A DNA stretch of 64,000 bases from Camelus ferus (Eukaryota): NCBI RefSeq assembly GCF_009834535.1, contig NC_045697.1, positions 78,246,001-78,310,000 of the forward strand. Direction: 5' to 3'. The notes below the pieces were generated by a model that saw nothing but the letters and a program-made list of their open reading frames with translations, did not search any database and was not told the origin of the DNA. Shown piece after piece: positions 36,599-50,402 of this stretch. Position 1 is the first letter of the stretch; the number at the start of each line of letters is the position of its first letter. Position numbers and translations under genes: made by a program.

Positions 36599-39500
36599 GA
36601 AACAAATATATCAGAAATAAATATTTATTGATCTTCTTTTATGGGCTCTGTAGCTTTATGATAGGAACAGCTTTCTAGACTCCCCTAAATATTTATTTTT
36701 AATGGCTATTTTAAAAGACAGAGGGTTTTATTTTATATCATTTATTTAAAAATGGTGATCTGAAGCTTCCTGTGTAATAGCTTCCCACTGAGAACATTTT
36801 AATGTAATTTCTCAAAAGAAAGGATCATCTTCTGAATCTGCATTTTGTGGAACGTGTGCAGAAGTCGTGGCCTGTGTGAGTGTCTTTGTCTTGCCTCCTC
36901 TTGCAGGCCTCAGCCTGGTACGCTGTTCCCATCGCGTAATCTACCGTTCTTCACAGGGGAAAATGAAAACTAACTCACAAAGGCAGTGCATTTAACATAT
37001 TGGTACTGAGTTTCTTCTTAATCGTATAGTCATCAAACTATTCAAGACTTTAAGAGTCTTGATTTTAGAAAACCAAACGAATAAGTGAGAGGAACATATT
37101 TGCCTCTTCATAGGCCTCTGAGCTGAGAATATTAAGTCCCCAGCTACCTTTTCTTTTCTCACTCCCCAAATACATATTGAATACCTATTGGGAACACAAT
37201 TGTGTTTGCAGATACTCAGTTTTAATTGGAATATTAAAATGAGTATAGTTTGAGGGATGAGTAACAGCACTTACACGCTTTAAATTTGAGATTTAAATGT
37301 ATTATTTCTTAAACTTTACCTCTTTCCCAAATATTTGTTTATAGTTTCAATAATGCCTATTGCTTACGGGACTAATCCTATCAAAAGACTTCCTTAAAGT
37401 GCATCTATTTAATTATGTATATTATATATTTACTATAGGTAGTCACCTTCCTAAAATAAATGTAGTTACTTTTGGAGGGGTGTAGAATATCCAGTTTCAT
37501 GTCAATCTATACAACATGAAATAGTGGATGAAATTGTACAACAAAATATGTTGCAAGTACAAACCAATGAATAAAAATTACCGTCATTGAGAATGGCAAC
37601 AACAACAAAAAGCTTTCTAAAACCTTTAAGACCTTGAATATTTGTTCTAATCCCCTGGTGCCTTTTAACAAGTGAAACTATTTTTTTTATAAAATTGTCA
37701 ATGGCTTTTCTTTAGATTTATTGGAGGCTCTACTTAAATGGAATATCTGTCCTTTGTGTTTCAACAATATACGAAGCTTTCTCGTGTATTATTTTCCCGG
37801 TACACGTGCACACACATGAAAATGCTTACAGAGAAGTTCATCAGAGTGAAAGCCTGATCACCTTCAAGTAAAAACGTGATCCTCTACGTCTGGTGCAAAT
37901 ATAAAATGAGTAAAGCATACGTGCATTTTTTCCCTTTGCTGACATCCTCTGAGTAGTGAATGCTTAGATATTAGAAGTGAAATGTAATTCATCTTTATCA
38001 CTCTGTATATTTTGCTTTATTTGCAATTAATTCTCCTGCTATATTACCTCTATGTTAATATATGTTTTCTTAGAAATTCTAAGGAGAGTACTGCCTCTAA
38101 TTTATTTCCCATCTTGCAGTTGATTTAAGCAGGATTTAATACCAATGAGCTCCTTTCTTAGTTACAAATATACACAGTGAGTGTTCTGAGATTTATGTGT
38201 GAACCTAGAATTCAGAAATGGGTTTTTATTACTCCTTTTGATTTAAAATGAATTACCAATTATTAATTAAAAATTCACAATGAGAATTAGTAGTCTCAGG
38301 TTGCTATTTATTTAGTTCATTCCTGTAATTTAAAAACTAAGTTGCTATTGATATTAATATCAATGTTTTTGAGCAACCATTTCTAGTATCAAAAGGTTAT
38401 CTAATATTCATAGTTGGTCTGAAATCACTGTGTGTGCATAGGTATATGAATAATTTTTTAATTTCTTTTTTTGATGTAGAGAAAATAAAGAAAAAATTAT
38501 AGTATAATGTTGATTAAAAAATTTGTTTTTCATGATTTCAATTCCAGAATTCTAGAAAGACAATTACATTAACTTTTATACATATTAAATTGCAGTGACT
38601 TTTAATTACAGTTTCAAAAATAAAAATTATTAGGCTAAAATCACTTAATGGAGTCACTGATAAAAATTGTCATTAAATGTTATTAAATGTCTGATATTTC
38701 AAATGTCACTTTTCATCCCCTTGAGAAAGACAATCTGTAAAACAGATGTGTTTAGGAAACAAAAAAACCATAACTTTTAAGCCAATTCTAGCTCAACAAA
38801 ATAAAAATCTGTCATAATTACAAAATAGCTATGGGGGTGATAGGGAGATAGAAGCGATAAAAAGAAAAGAAAATGTTTCAAACATTGAAAAATGTTTTAT
38901 TTCAGTGCTTATGCTCATATATGTTGACTATTTTATTTTGAAGAACAATTTAGAATCATGCTTGTTATGACAGTTAGGGGTGAAACCTCCCTCACTTCTG
39001 TGGCTCTGGACATAGAATGCATGGTCTGCCCTAACTACAGTTTTTCTACGATGTATGAAACTACAGAACTCTCCCAGAAAGATTCTGAGGTTTCCTTGTT
39101 AAATCCTTTCCCAGTGACATTTGACTTACCATACAGTACAGAAGCATGTAGTGTCTTCAGCAAGTGGAATGTGAAATATTCAAGAAGCCCTACATGTAGG
39201 AATGCGAATGCTGACCCTTGTTTCTGATTGACCTGGTTGATATATGTTCCAGATAAGCAGCTGTGAGCCTTGTAAGGTTTTTAGGGGCTGTTATTTGAAT
39301 AGCAAATTCAGAATCGCCAAAATATGTCTCTTCTTAACATTAACACACAGGTATGGCAATGGTAACTCCCCTCCTGGCCCAGAGTCTTTAGTTAAATCAT
39401 CAGTTTGTTAACTGCTGTTTGCAAGGTAAACCCTCCCTCTGGAATGAACTTCTTTAAAGCAAAATGAAATAAAATAAAGGTAAGTAAAAGTAAATAGATT

Positions 39501-40702
39501 TTCCTATTGAAAGTTATTACTTCAGGAATGAAGAAGATGGGTATTGATCGGCACCATCCTTTGCCATTACTGTCAGATCCACGTAGATGGCTAAGACACT
39601 TTATTCTAAGCAAACAGCCATTTTCTCTTCTGACATGGGATTCCAGTGAGAATTGAAAAAAGTAAAAGGTTTGTAAAAACATTTTTCTGTCCTTCTTACA
39701 GGGACAATTTATGTTGAAGTAACAGTTTCTGAGATACTTGCACCTGTTATTGATTTATTTCTTCTTTGTCGTGGACAATCTCCTGTTTTATAATACAGTT
39801 ACCCTTGTATACTGCTCGGAGGCGGTAATTTAGAAATCATTTTCATTGTATCAAGGTCCCGAGGGGCTTGAAATATAGGAAGCACATGAATTAAAAAACT
39901 AAACATGTGTATACATTTTCTAGATGTTCTCTGGTACAAAGTGATAGTTGTGATATTTCTTTTTAGCACTAATCACTGCAGGATACCACGATGAGCTATT
40001 GTCATAACATTGCAAATAGAATTCTAAATCCATGAAGTCCCCATGGTTTCTGGACAAATAACCCTTCCACATGACCTTGTGAATCCATGGAGTGGAAAAC
40101 AGAAGAGTGTGAATAACGTAAACGTAAGGTAATCGAGGTTATAATTTATTATCATCAGAGATGGGCTAAGTCTCTTTCTATAAGAAAGCAAATCTGAGTA
40201 AAAATCCAGTAAATCTGAAGAAAAAACTTTTGTTTAAATCACTGAGCACCTTTGATATGCAACTATAAATTTGCACACCAGTACATGTATAAGGCATCCA
40301 CTTTATCCATGTGTCCACCAATGCAGTGCACAATTGTTTCCTCCTAAAAAATCAATATGGCTGTGATTTCTGTATGGTTCATTCACTGTTTATGGATAGG
40401 GATTAATGTTTGACCTTCCCTTGCCTTCTTGACTTGAACCAATTACTTTAGAATAATTTTTCTGGTTTAACTTTTTATCACATCTTCTGACATTTTAGTG
40501 AATAATATTTGACAGCTATGAACATCTGCAGAAGTTATTGTTATCATAACTTGAGCTCAATGGAGCTACCGTCACTGATGCTCTGAAGATCATATTGCAC
40601 TATAGAGGAGGAACACACTTACATTAAAAAAAAAAAAAAAGGTTTGATTTCTTAGTAGGAAGCTTTGCTTAGTTTGCTTTAACAAATGCAGATTGTTTCC
40701 AA

Positions 40703-40737
40703 AATATATATATATATATATACACACACACATATAT
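40703..40737. repeat. (AT)n(AC)n microsatellite
   Basis: An (AT)n run of about 20 nt followed by (CA)5, read directly. Confidence 0.9.
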
Positions 40738-43099
40738 GACACCTGGAGGTAGAAAGCACATTTGCATTCTATACAAGGGAAGCCGCAAATATTTATTTTT
40801 CATTTTGGAATTTTATGCATTATTGTCATGTAGGAAACAGCTCTTAATCTTCTCTCTAAATATATATTTTTCTTAAATATATAAAACAAAAAAATCTTTG
40901 GAAATGCTTAGTACTGCAAAGCAGCTTTATGCCTCATAGGTTTGCAAGGAATTTCTGATAAAATTATTTCATTTCGGTGTCCTGATTTCTTATTCAGTAT
41001 GCACCCAGGGAAACGGGTACATTGCATTCTCCTTGAAGAAAGCAATAGAGAGAGAAAAGGCAGTTAGTCATTTATGTGCATATAACAATATAAATCACAA
41101 AGATTAAGGGAAATCATTTTGGGAAGAGCCACAATTTCACAACCAAAGGCACTTAAATAATTACCTTTTTAAGCAACTTTTATTGACTATGCAGAAGGAT
41201 AAAAAGTAATCTTACTTGTTTTAAATGGCATAAAGCAACCAAATGCCATTAACAGAGTGTTACATTTCTTATTTCGCTAAGATCGTTGAAGCTTACCAGA
41301 AAGAGATAAAAAATGTATAAATTCAGGAACACTGGCTAGTCATATCCCAAAACATTGTCAGTGGACTCCTACTTTCTCCTGCCAAAATATGTGGAAGCAT
41401 GCATGGATTGTACTAGATTAGTAAGAGGGGCTCGTTTCCGTGGCATTAGCCAGGTATCTTAGCAACAAGACCATACCAGATTCTAGCAGTGCTCTGTGGT
41501 GGTGCATGTAATATCCTGGACATAATCTGTCTTTTAATTTTCTTTGGATTGTAGTGATATTACAGATACATGTGTTCAGTTATAGATCTTTATTTAATAA
41601 GAAGAATGCCTTAGCTGAAGATTTGTACTGTGCCAGGAGTGGGCAACTCACAATAATGTTGCTGGCGGTTTAGCCCAGGTACTGCCTTGTCTCACATTTC
41701 AGATTGACAGGAAAACTTACTCCCTTCATTAAGATGTGCCTCATAGTTCATATCTTTATGCTGTGGAGATGAGGATGCTGCTGGAATTCATAATACTAAG
41801 AACGTTATTTAATGTCAGATAGAATGCAAATTGCTCGTACAATTGAAATGTCATCTAAAACATGCCACCGTATGCAACACCACTTTATTATAAGTCACTG
41901 AGAGCAGTATCTTAAATTTGGAATTGCACTAATCCTTCATCTGCTTTGTTTACCTTTCATCTATAATAGAGATGTCGAATTTCCTCCAAACTGGATTTGC
42001 ATGTTTTAACTGCTTGTTCACACAGCTCAAGATGTGTGGGAGAACTATATAGGGGTACTTCCTTTGATTTTCTTGTCTTTTTGTTGTTTGTTTAATGCAA
42101 ATTAACAGCAAAAGATAGCTTTCAAATACAAGACAAAATGCCATGTCAACCCTTTGGGGGAAATAAGCTAAAGCTTATGAAAGAACATTTGATTATTTAA
42201 AGGACAAATTATAATACAAATATGCTGTCGGTTTATTGGTAATTGATTTTCTTGGTAATTTAGTTTCATGCACTATTTTCTTGCATTTAATTGAAACAAT
42301 AATAATTTTGTAAGATTAATATTATTCACAGTAAAATTACACATAAACTATTTAAGACTTTTGTCATGCTTGCTTAGAGAAAGTGCCCTGAACAATTGTC
42401 TTCCAAAATAACGATACCTGACAAAATTATTGTTTGTATGTTAGAGTTCTTAAAAATTGCTTTCTAAATATTCATCCTTGACAGATGGCTTATCTGTTAT
42501 ACATCAGTTTTCAGCCCTAAAGAAGGCCCTGGACACCTCTTAGTACGTTGTAAAGTTTTCCATAAAGAATTACATTTTTTTTTAATAGAGTGATGGGAAG
42601 GAAAATGGGAAAAAAGAAGAGAGTTCTTAAAACCACACTCCTTGCTTCTTTCCTCTCCAACTCAATATCCCCTGTCCCCCAACACAGCTTTTCTCAAAGA
42701 ATTTCAGCTCTGAAGTAGTGTTTAGTATCTTTGGATGGGCAGCTCTGGAGATTCTGTTTTGCTTGGTTTGATATTATACAGTATTTTTGTTGTTCATAAC
42801 AGAGCACTGCTCAGCAAACACTACTAGAACTGAAGAACTCTACCACAAAAGGTTATTTCTTCATGGCTATTATTGATATGAAACCTAGGTAAGAGTGCAA
42901 GGAGTCTCAACATTAGAGCACTCTGAGTTGGATCTGTATCTCTGTATTATTTGGTAGAAAAATCTGTATGAGACTTTTACAACATTTATTTGTATTTACA
43001 AAGATATGCTTTGGCTCCTTCTAAAGTAACCATTCATGTGAATAATGCCGTGTAGTTACATCACTCCCTCTGGTTTTTGCAGATCTCTAGAATCATTTA

Positions 43100-43272
43100 G
43101 GACAGCCTCTCAAACAGATGTCTGAAGATTGCATGCTTTAGAATTACTTGGTATATTTGTGGAAAATTCAGACTCCTGGGTGTTTGCCCAGACTCATTGT
43201 ATAAGGCTTTTTAAGGATTTAGAAATATCTCTACTTTTTCTCTGGCACATTAGCGTTTGAGAACCACCGATT
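43100..43272. mobile_element. MER5-like DNA transposon
   Basis: ctctcaaac...ttagaattacttgg...cagactcctggg...gtttgagaaccac terminal motif. Confidence 0.7.
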
Positions 43273-44399
43273 TAAAATAATGAAGGACAATGAAGAGAAA
43301 GTGTGATTTGCAAAATAAGAGTTAGTTTTAGCAAATGAGACTATAAATATTTATATTTACATACATTTTATATATATAAATAACCTGAGATTTTACTAAA
43401 AAATAACTTCAAACAAAGGGCTTGAAATTTTGTGAAGCTAATTGAAATTATGCAGTTTGTCATTGTTGGCCATTTTGCCGTGGTCTTTTAAATGAGCATA
43501 TCAACCTGAAGTCCCAGCACTTCTTTTACAAGCATGTGGGAAGAGGACATATTTTTTCATAGCTGGAAAATTTATTTGAATATTTCTCTTAAAATAGGAA
43601 AACTCAAAATCTGTTTTTATAAATACATAATATAGAAATGTGATTTGCTGCATCCCTTGATATAAATATTGAGAATCAAGTCAAAATCAAGAGCTAATGC
43701 CTTTCAATTTAATGGTAGTTCCCTCCCACACCAGTTCTCTGAATTTTTCATTCTATCTTTGGTCTGAGTACTAGCTTTGAAGTCAAGTTACACCATTCTT
43801 GGTGACCAAAAATGATCTTGCATTTACCAGCATCTTTGGTTCAGAAGCTTCTCTGAGTTTTGTATAAACTAAATAGACATCATTTTAGCCAGTTGTGAAG
43901 TATGATCATTTCTTGGGTGTAAAATGACATCTGGTTAATGGCCAGCTGCATTAGATAGTGGCACTGAAGGGAAAGTGAGACATAGGAAGTCAAAGTAAAG
44001 AGCAGTTCAGAGTCTGCATGGATGCAATGGACTTCCAAGGCTTATGATACATGACTGATTCCAACCCAGACTATCAGCAAATGGTTTGTAATAGATGTGC
44101 ACGGTTCCAGACACTGACAAGTTTGAAGCTGGTCTCATGGCCAGAACCGTAGGAAAAATTATTCTACAATACCTCTTTGTGCCTCTTTGTACACGTGATG
44201 TAACAAAATAGACTCAAATAAGGAAATATTTCTAACCCTCATCTCAGAATGATAAACATCACTTAGAATGATGTATCTGACATATAATTTGGTAGTCTAT
44301 CATGAAACCTCTTTTTTAGAATTACAGCAATTACTATTTCATGACTCCCAACTATTCGTTTACAACGTTGACTTTTTTTCTACACAATCATTGCATCGC

Positions 44400-44575
44400 T
44401 AACTTCCTATCATTAGATACTCTGCCATCATCTCAAATTCAGCCTTTCTAAAATCAAAATGAATATTTTCCTCTGAACACAATGTATTCTTGATTTCTCA
44501 GTTTCTGTTGGATGTACCACCATTTCCCATATTACTTGTATTCAAAGCCTTTCAGTAGTCCATCCCAGGTTCTGT
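44400..44575 (+). mobile_element. L2 fragment
   Basis: catctcaaattcagc...aaaatgaa...tctcagtttctgttggatgtaccaccatttccc. Confidence 0.5.
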
Positions 44576-44638
44576 GTCTACATTAAGATTTCTAGTCAGT
44601 TTTGCATCTTTCTAGTTGGTTTTGTTATCAATGTCCTC

Positions 44639-46558
44639 TTTGATAGCATTTTACCCACGTAAAACTTCTTTCAAAATTGGAATCAGTCCTCTCAAGCTCT
44701 GCTGCTGCTTTATCAATTAAATTTATAAAATAGTCTAAATCCTTTGCAGTCATTACAATAATCTTCACAGCATCTTCACCAGGAGTAGAGTCCATCTCAA
44801 GAAAGCACTTTCTTTTCTCATCCGTAAGAAGCAACTCCTCATCTGTTATAGTTTTATCATGAGATGCAGCAATTCAGTCACATCTTTAGCCACTTCTAAT
44901 TCTGGTTCTCCTACTATTTCCACCACACCTGCAGTGACTTCCTCTGCTTAAGTCTTGAAACTTAAAGTTATCCATGAAGGTAGGAATCAACTTCTTCCAA
45001 ATCCTGTTAATGCAGATATTTTGACCTCTTCCTGTGAATCACAAATGTCCTTAATGGCATCTAGAATGATGAATCCTTTCCAGAAGCTTTCCAACTGACT
45101 TTCCCAGCTCCATCAGTGGAATCACTATCTATGACAGCTAGAGCCTTATGAAATGTATTTATTAAATAATAAGACTCGAAATTTGAACTTAATCCTGGCT
45201 CTATGGGCTGTAGAATGGATGTTGTATTAGCAGACATGAAAACAACATTAATCTAATTATACATCTCCGTCAGAGCTATTGGGTGACCAGGTGCACTGCC
45301 AATGAGTAGTTGTATTTTGAAAAGAATCTTTTTTTTTTTTCCTGAGCAGTGGGTCTCAACAGTTGTCTTAAAATATTCAGTAAACCATGATGTAAACAGA
45401 TGTACTGTCATCCAGGCTTTGTTGTTCCATTTATAGAGCACAGACAGAATAGATTTAGCATAACTGGAAAGGGCCCTCGGAGTGGTAAATGAGCATTGGC
45501 TTCAACTTATAGTCACCAGCTGCATTAGTCCCTAACAAGAGAATCAGCCTGTCCTTTCAAGCTTTGAAGCCAGATACTGACTTCTCCTCTCTAACTATGA
45601 AAGTCCTAGGTGACATCTTTTTTCAATAGAGGGCTGTTTCATCTATGTTGAAAAACCTATGGTTTAATGTGGCCACCTGCATAAACGATCTTAGCTAGAT
45701 TTTTTTGGATAACTTGCTGCGGCTTCTACATCAGCACTTGGTGCATCATGTTGCACTTTTAGCTTCTTCCCATAAACCTCATGAACTAATCTTCAGACTG
45801 TTCTTCTGCAACTTTATCAGCTTTCTCAGCCTTCATAGAATTGAGGAGAGGTAAGTTCTTGCTCTGGATTAGGCTCTGGCTTAAGGAAAAGTTGTGGCTA
45901 GTTTTGTTTTCTAACCAGACTGCTAAAACTTTGTCCATATCAGCATTAAGTTTATTTGGCTTTCTTATCATTTCTGTGTTCACTGGAGTAGCACTTTAAA
46001 TTTCCTTCAAGAACCTTTTCTTTGCATACACAACTTTGCTATTCATTTGGTGCAAGAGGGCCTACCTTTTGACCTATCTTGGCTTTCAATATGTCTTCTT
46101 CACTGGGCTGAGTCAGTCCTAGCTTTTGATTTAAAGTGAGTCGTGTGGTTCTTTCTTTCACTTGGACACTTAGAGGCCATCGTAGGGTTACTAATTGGCC
46201 TAATTTCAAAATTGTTGTGTCTCAGGGTAAAGGGAGGCCAGAGGAGAAGGAAAAAGATAGAGAATGGCTGACATTGGGGCAGCCAGTGGGACAGCCAAAG
46301 ACAGTGGGGCAGTCAGAACACACAATTTATCAGCTAATTTTGCTGTCTTCTGTGGGTGCAGTCTGTGGCACCCTGAAACAATCATAATTATAACATCAAA
46401 GATCACTGATCACAGATCACCGTAACAGATATAACGTTTGAAATATTTCAAGAATTACCCCAGTGTGGCACAGAGATATGAAGTGAGCAAATGATGTTGG
46501 GGAAATGGTGCCAATAGACTTGCTCAACACAGGGTTGCTAGGAACCTTCAATTTGTAA

Positions 46559-46600
<42 letters not shown>

Positions 46601-46654
46601 AACATTATCTGCAAAGTTCAATAAATCGAAGCACAATAAAATGAGATATGCCTG
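44639..46654 (-). mobile_element. Tigger1 (TcMar-Tigger, pogo-like) DNA transposon, about 2 kb, inactive, 3' end missing
   Basis: Left TIR CAGGCATATCTCATTTTATTG on the minus strand from 46654. Transposase remnants in the ORF track: [21 protein letters not shown]...[10 protein letters not shown] (CENP-B-type HTH), [24 protein letters not shown] (DDE domain) and [21 protein letters not shown]. Frames are broken by stops and frameshifts. Confidence 0.95.
46562..46600. repeat. (CAA)13 microsatellite inside Tigger1
   Basis: 13 perfect CAA units. Confidence 0.97.
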
Positions 46655-46896
46655 ACTTTGCAGAGTAGTCAGTCCTTTCTAGCTTAATATCCCTCCTGTA
46701 TGTGAGGGGAGAGGGAGAGGGAGAGTTAGAGATAGTTAGAAAATTAGTGAGAGTCCTGCTACAAGGGAATTCATCATAGTCCTTCTACTAGAGAAGTGAG
46801 AAACCCCCCAAACCAGCCCCTGCAAACTACCAGTGGATCCTGAGTACTGTCTGCTTGCCTTGGAGTTTGCCAGGGATTTGACACGAATTTTGTCTT

Positions 46897-47360
46897 TCAA
46901 TCTTTGTCACAACCCTATTAGTTGTAGACGGTTATTATCTCATTTGTGGATGAAGAAATAGATTTGATGAGGTTAAACAACTTTGATGAAAGTCAGTCAT
47001 CTATTAATAATCATGATAATAATAATACTTACAATGATAAAGCAAACAATTGCATAGCACTTATTGTAAGCCTGGTACTAAGTGCTTAACATATATCAAC
47101 AAATTCAAACCCCAAACAATCCTATGAGGTAGGTACTGTAATTGTTCTCTCTCTTTTTAAAATAGATAATGAAATCATGATCCAGAAGTATTAAGTTACT
47201 CTCCCAAATTACGTATCTAGTTAAGTGACAGAACCAGGCTTTAAACCCAGGCATTCTGTTCTCAAAATCTGTGCTGGTGACTACTAAGCTAGTCTAAAAC
47301 ATTACAGAGCCAAGATTTGAACCCTGGCTTCCAAAATCTGAGCTTTTAATCAGTATCTAA
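46897..47360 (-). mobile_element. two nested MIR SINEs
   Basis: Outer MIR core at 46897-47005 (cacaaccctattag...atgaagaaa...gaggttaa) and outer head at 47300-47360 (cagagccaagatttgaaccc). A near-complete inner MIR lies at about 47020-47292. Confidence 0.8.
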
Positions 47361-50114
47361 GTGTCACCCTTGAAACATAGCTATTGATATGAATATATTA
47401 CAGTTTTACCTTTTTGCAATTTTTACATATGAATTTAGAGACTGGATATATTCCATTGATGTGATAAATATTTTTTTCAACAGCAGAGGATTGTAATTAA
47501 AGCAACGGAAAATAAGAACAAAAATATCTGTTTATCTAAATAAACAATGTGAAATGTTCATCTCTTCATAATTTTGAACTTTCAGGTGAACTTTATTGAA
47601 ATGTGTTTGCAGATCAGTAAATTAAGTGAACTATGGAAAATTACACTGTTGGCATCTTTTTCTGCTTGTGCCGCTTAACAAGTAAGTTATCTCAAAGAAA
47701 AGCAGCCCTGTATCAAAGCATAGATTATTAAGTGAATTCATGTATATTTACTACTAGTGGGCAGTAATGAATATTCTGCTAATCTTTAGAAATCACTTGT
47801 ACCTTATTCCAATCAGTACTCAGCAAAATACCACAGACTTCCTTCGTAATTTAATCTTTACTTTTAATCAGAAATTAATTTGACATTTATAATCATTGGT
47901 CTACTATGTGGGTTTTTGGTTTTTGGTTTTTTTGCCTTTAGTAGCTACGCAAACAATAGCTGGAGATTAGAAGACATTTTAGTCTTATTATTTTGATGGT
48001 TATTGAATGGTAAAAATATGTCACTACTTTTATGATGTCATTTTTAACTCACATAAGTTTAGACCCCTCATTGAAAAACCCTGAGTAATTTTAAACTGAT
48101 GTTGACATGAAAAAGGATTGCCTGTAATGATAGTGTCTTGTAGCTGTAAGTAGCAGTCTGAAGTAAACATCTTGATCACTTGCCTTTTCCTGTTTGTTAA
48201 CCTCGAACAGAAACATATTGTTAGAGTCATCTTTAATTCATATGAAAAATTAATCCCCTTTCCCCTCCATTTCATCCCTGAAAACAAGGTTGGAGATGGT
48301 AAGCTCAATGCTTGAACTTTTTTTCCTGGCGGGATTCCTACATGGAAAAGTGAAACAACACTCTGAAGAGCTAAGCACCTTGATCACATATCACTTTAGT
48401 ACCTTCTGTCACCGTCCCTGCAGGAAGGAGCCCCAACACGCAGGACCAGTGTTATCCCAGGACTGCTAGAACCAGCGAGGGGCTGAGACGTCAGGACCAG
48501 CCCATCTGAAAAGAAGATAACTAAAGACGAAAACTCCCCAGCTAACCTGAATTGCTGATTCCTGGAGGGTCCTCCAAGGCAGGGTGGAAAAGATTATGTG
48601 AAATAGCTCTCATATGTTAGGCAGGAAAAATTACTTCTTGCTTCTAAACAGGGAGATTGTAAACAAGGTCTCCCATTTTCACGGAAAAAGCAAGATGCGC
48701 TGTTTGAAATGCTGCCTTCAGATACAGCTTTCCCAAAGTGCCGTTGCATTTGCATTCCTCCACGTGGGTCTAAGAGGGAAGGCGAGAAATGGGACACATT
48801 TACCTCTTGTTTCTGAGCCGCTTCCCGTGTCGGGTGCAGCCTGAAGCCTCAATAGGTAGGATCTTTTATCTAAAACCCACACTGCTGCCGTTTCATCCTA
48901 AACCTGAAACGAAACAGTTTGGCAATGCCATAATCAAAGAAATAGTCACATATTTCATAAAGATTTGATACCGAGAATGTGACCGAATCAGTATTTATAT
49001 ACTGTCTGTCTTTCCTTATTCTTAAGAATATGCATGAGATGCATAAGATTAATTTGTGTTATTCATAACTTGACTTTTTGAACCTAGTAATAAGCTAATA
49101 AGGTTTACAGTTATGCCAATGTATTATTAATTCTAACTGGGTTACAGTTTGATGCTTTGAATCTATAAATGTGATAGGTAAACGTAAGAAAATTTCAAGT
49201 ATATGTGGTGTCTGTGAGGTAATTATGTGTATTTTTATTACATTTTTAGAAAGTTGCTAAATAAGCGTGATGATTTGAGTTTCTATTTCATCCTTTTAAA
49301 TCCTCCTTAGCCCAGGGGCATGTGTTTCTTATCTGGCCCTTTCCTGACCCCTCTAGTCCATAGAGTCCTCCTCTTTGTAATGAACTCAAGAAACAGTGGT
49401 TTCTAAACTTATTACTACATAGGAAGTTAGTTTCCATCCCTTTGGATCCTATGTTTTCAGATTTTATTTGTTATTTACCCAAAGTGTATTTGCTTAATAA
49501 TTTGTTTCTTCACATTCTATTTATAGGTAGATGGCAGTAGACGATGGTGGCATTAATCTGCCCAATTTGAAGCGAGGCGCCAGGTCTGGGATTTGGACTG
49601 AGTGAATGTGGGCAGATGTGGTACAGGTGCTTGGAGGCTGCAGAGGCTGCAGTCCTGGGACTCCTTAAGCAGAGCAGAGTGGTGTGGATTAAAGGACTTG
49701 GACAGAATTGGTGAGAGAGCTGATGGCTGGAAATGTGTGATTGCCAGAACGCTGTGCTAAGCCGGAAGTGGGTCAGGAGCTGGATCACCTAATGTCCACA
49801 TAGGCTCTGATTGCAAGCGAGAGGCAAACAGCCCAGGAATAAGTAAATAGAGAAAAATGAAGGGCAATCACATACATCCTATCAATCCCGTGTGCTCCCA
49901 GCACGGTTCCTCTCAGCAGGAGAGTCGCAGCTGCCCTCCTTCCCTGCCTTACACCTGGAGTGGGAGTCCTCCTTGGGGCTTTCAGGGATCCTATAATCTC
50001 CTGAAATCATTGCAGCTAGGTATTTTGTGTCTGATAAGTGGACGTTAGCTTTTTTAATATTAAAAATACGGAACGTTTCTAAAAAATCACTGTGCTGTCT
50101 CTTCCTATAGGAAG

Positions 50115-50402
50115 ACTCTACTTGTCAGCCCCCATGTCCCTCGGCCAAGGAAAACAGTAAGTGGAAATTACGTGACATTTCTAAACAAAGGTTTTAAGAG
50201 TCCTTCTGTGGTTCCTCCTCGCTATCTTTTCCATTTGCCCTAAGAAAAATCCCTTCAGGTAGGGAACAAAGAAACGTGGAGAGAGATGTCATTTTTGACC
50301 GCAAATGGACATGTAATGTGAGCGAAAAATAACCCATAAATCACTGAGTTTTTTTAGGTTTTTTGTTATCACAGTATTATTTAACCTGAGTTCACTGATA
50401 CA
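50115..50402 (+). mobile_element. MaLR LTR (MLT1I/J-like), 3' part
   Basis: ggacatgtaatgtgagcgaaaaataa...cactgag...tttgttatcacag...actgataCA is the MLT1 3' terminus. Confidence 0.8.

Noticed and set aside
46417..46614. Poly-cysteine ORF
   Set aside because: Translation of the (CAA)13 repeat within the Tigger1 left end.
48370..48590. GC-richer segment resembling an LTR fragment
   Set aside because: No termini or family motif I could confirm, so it is left unannotated.
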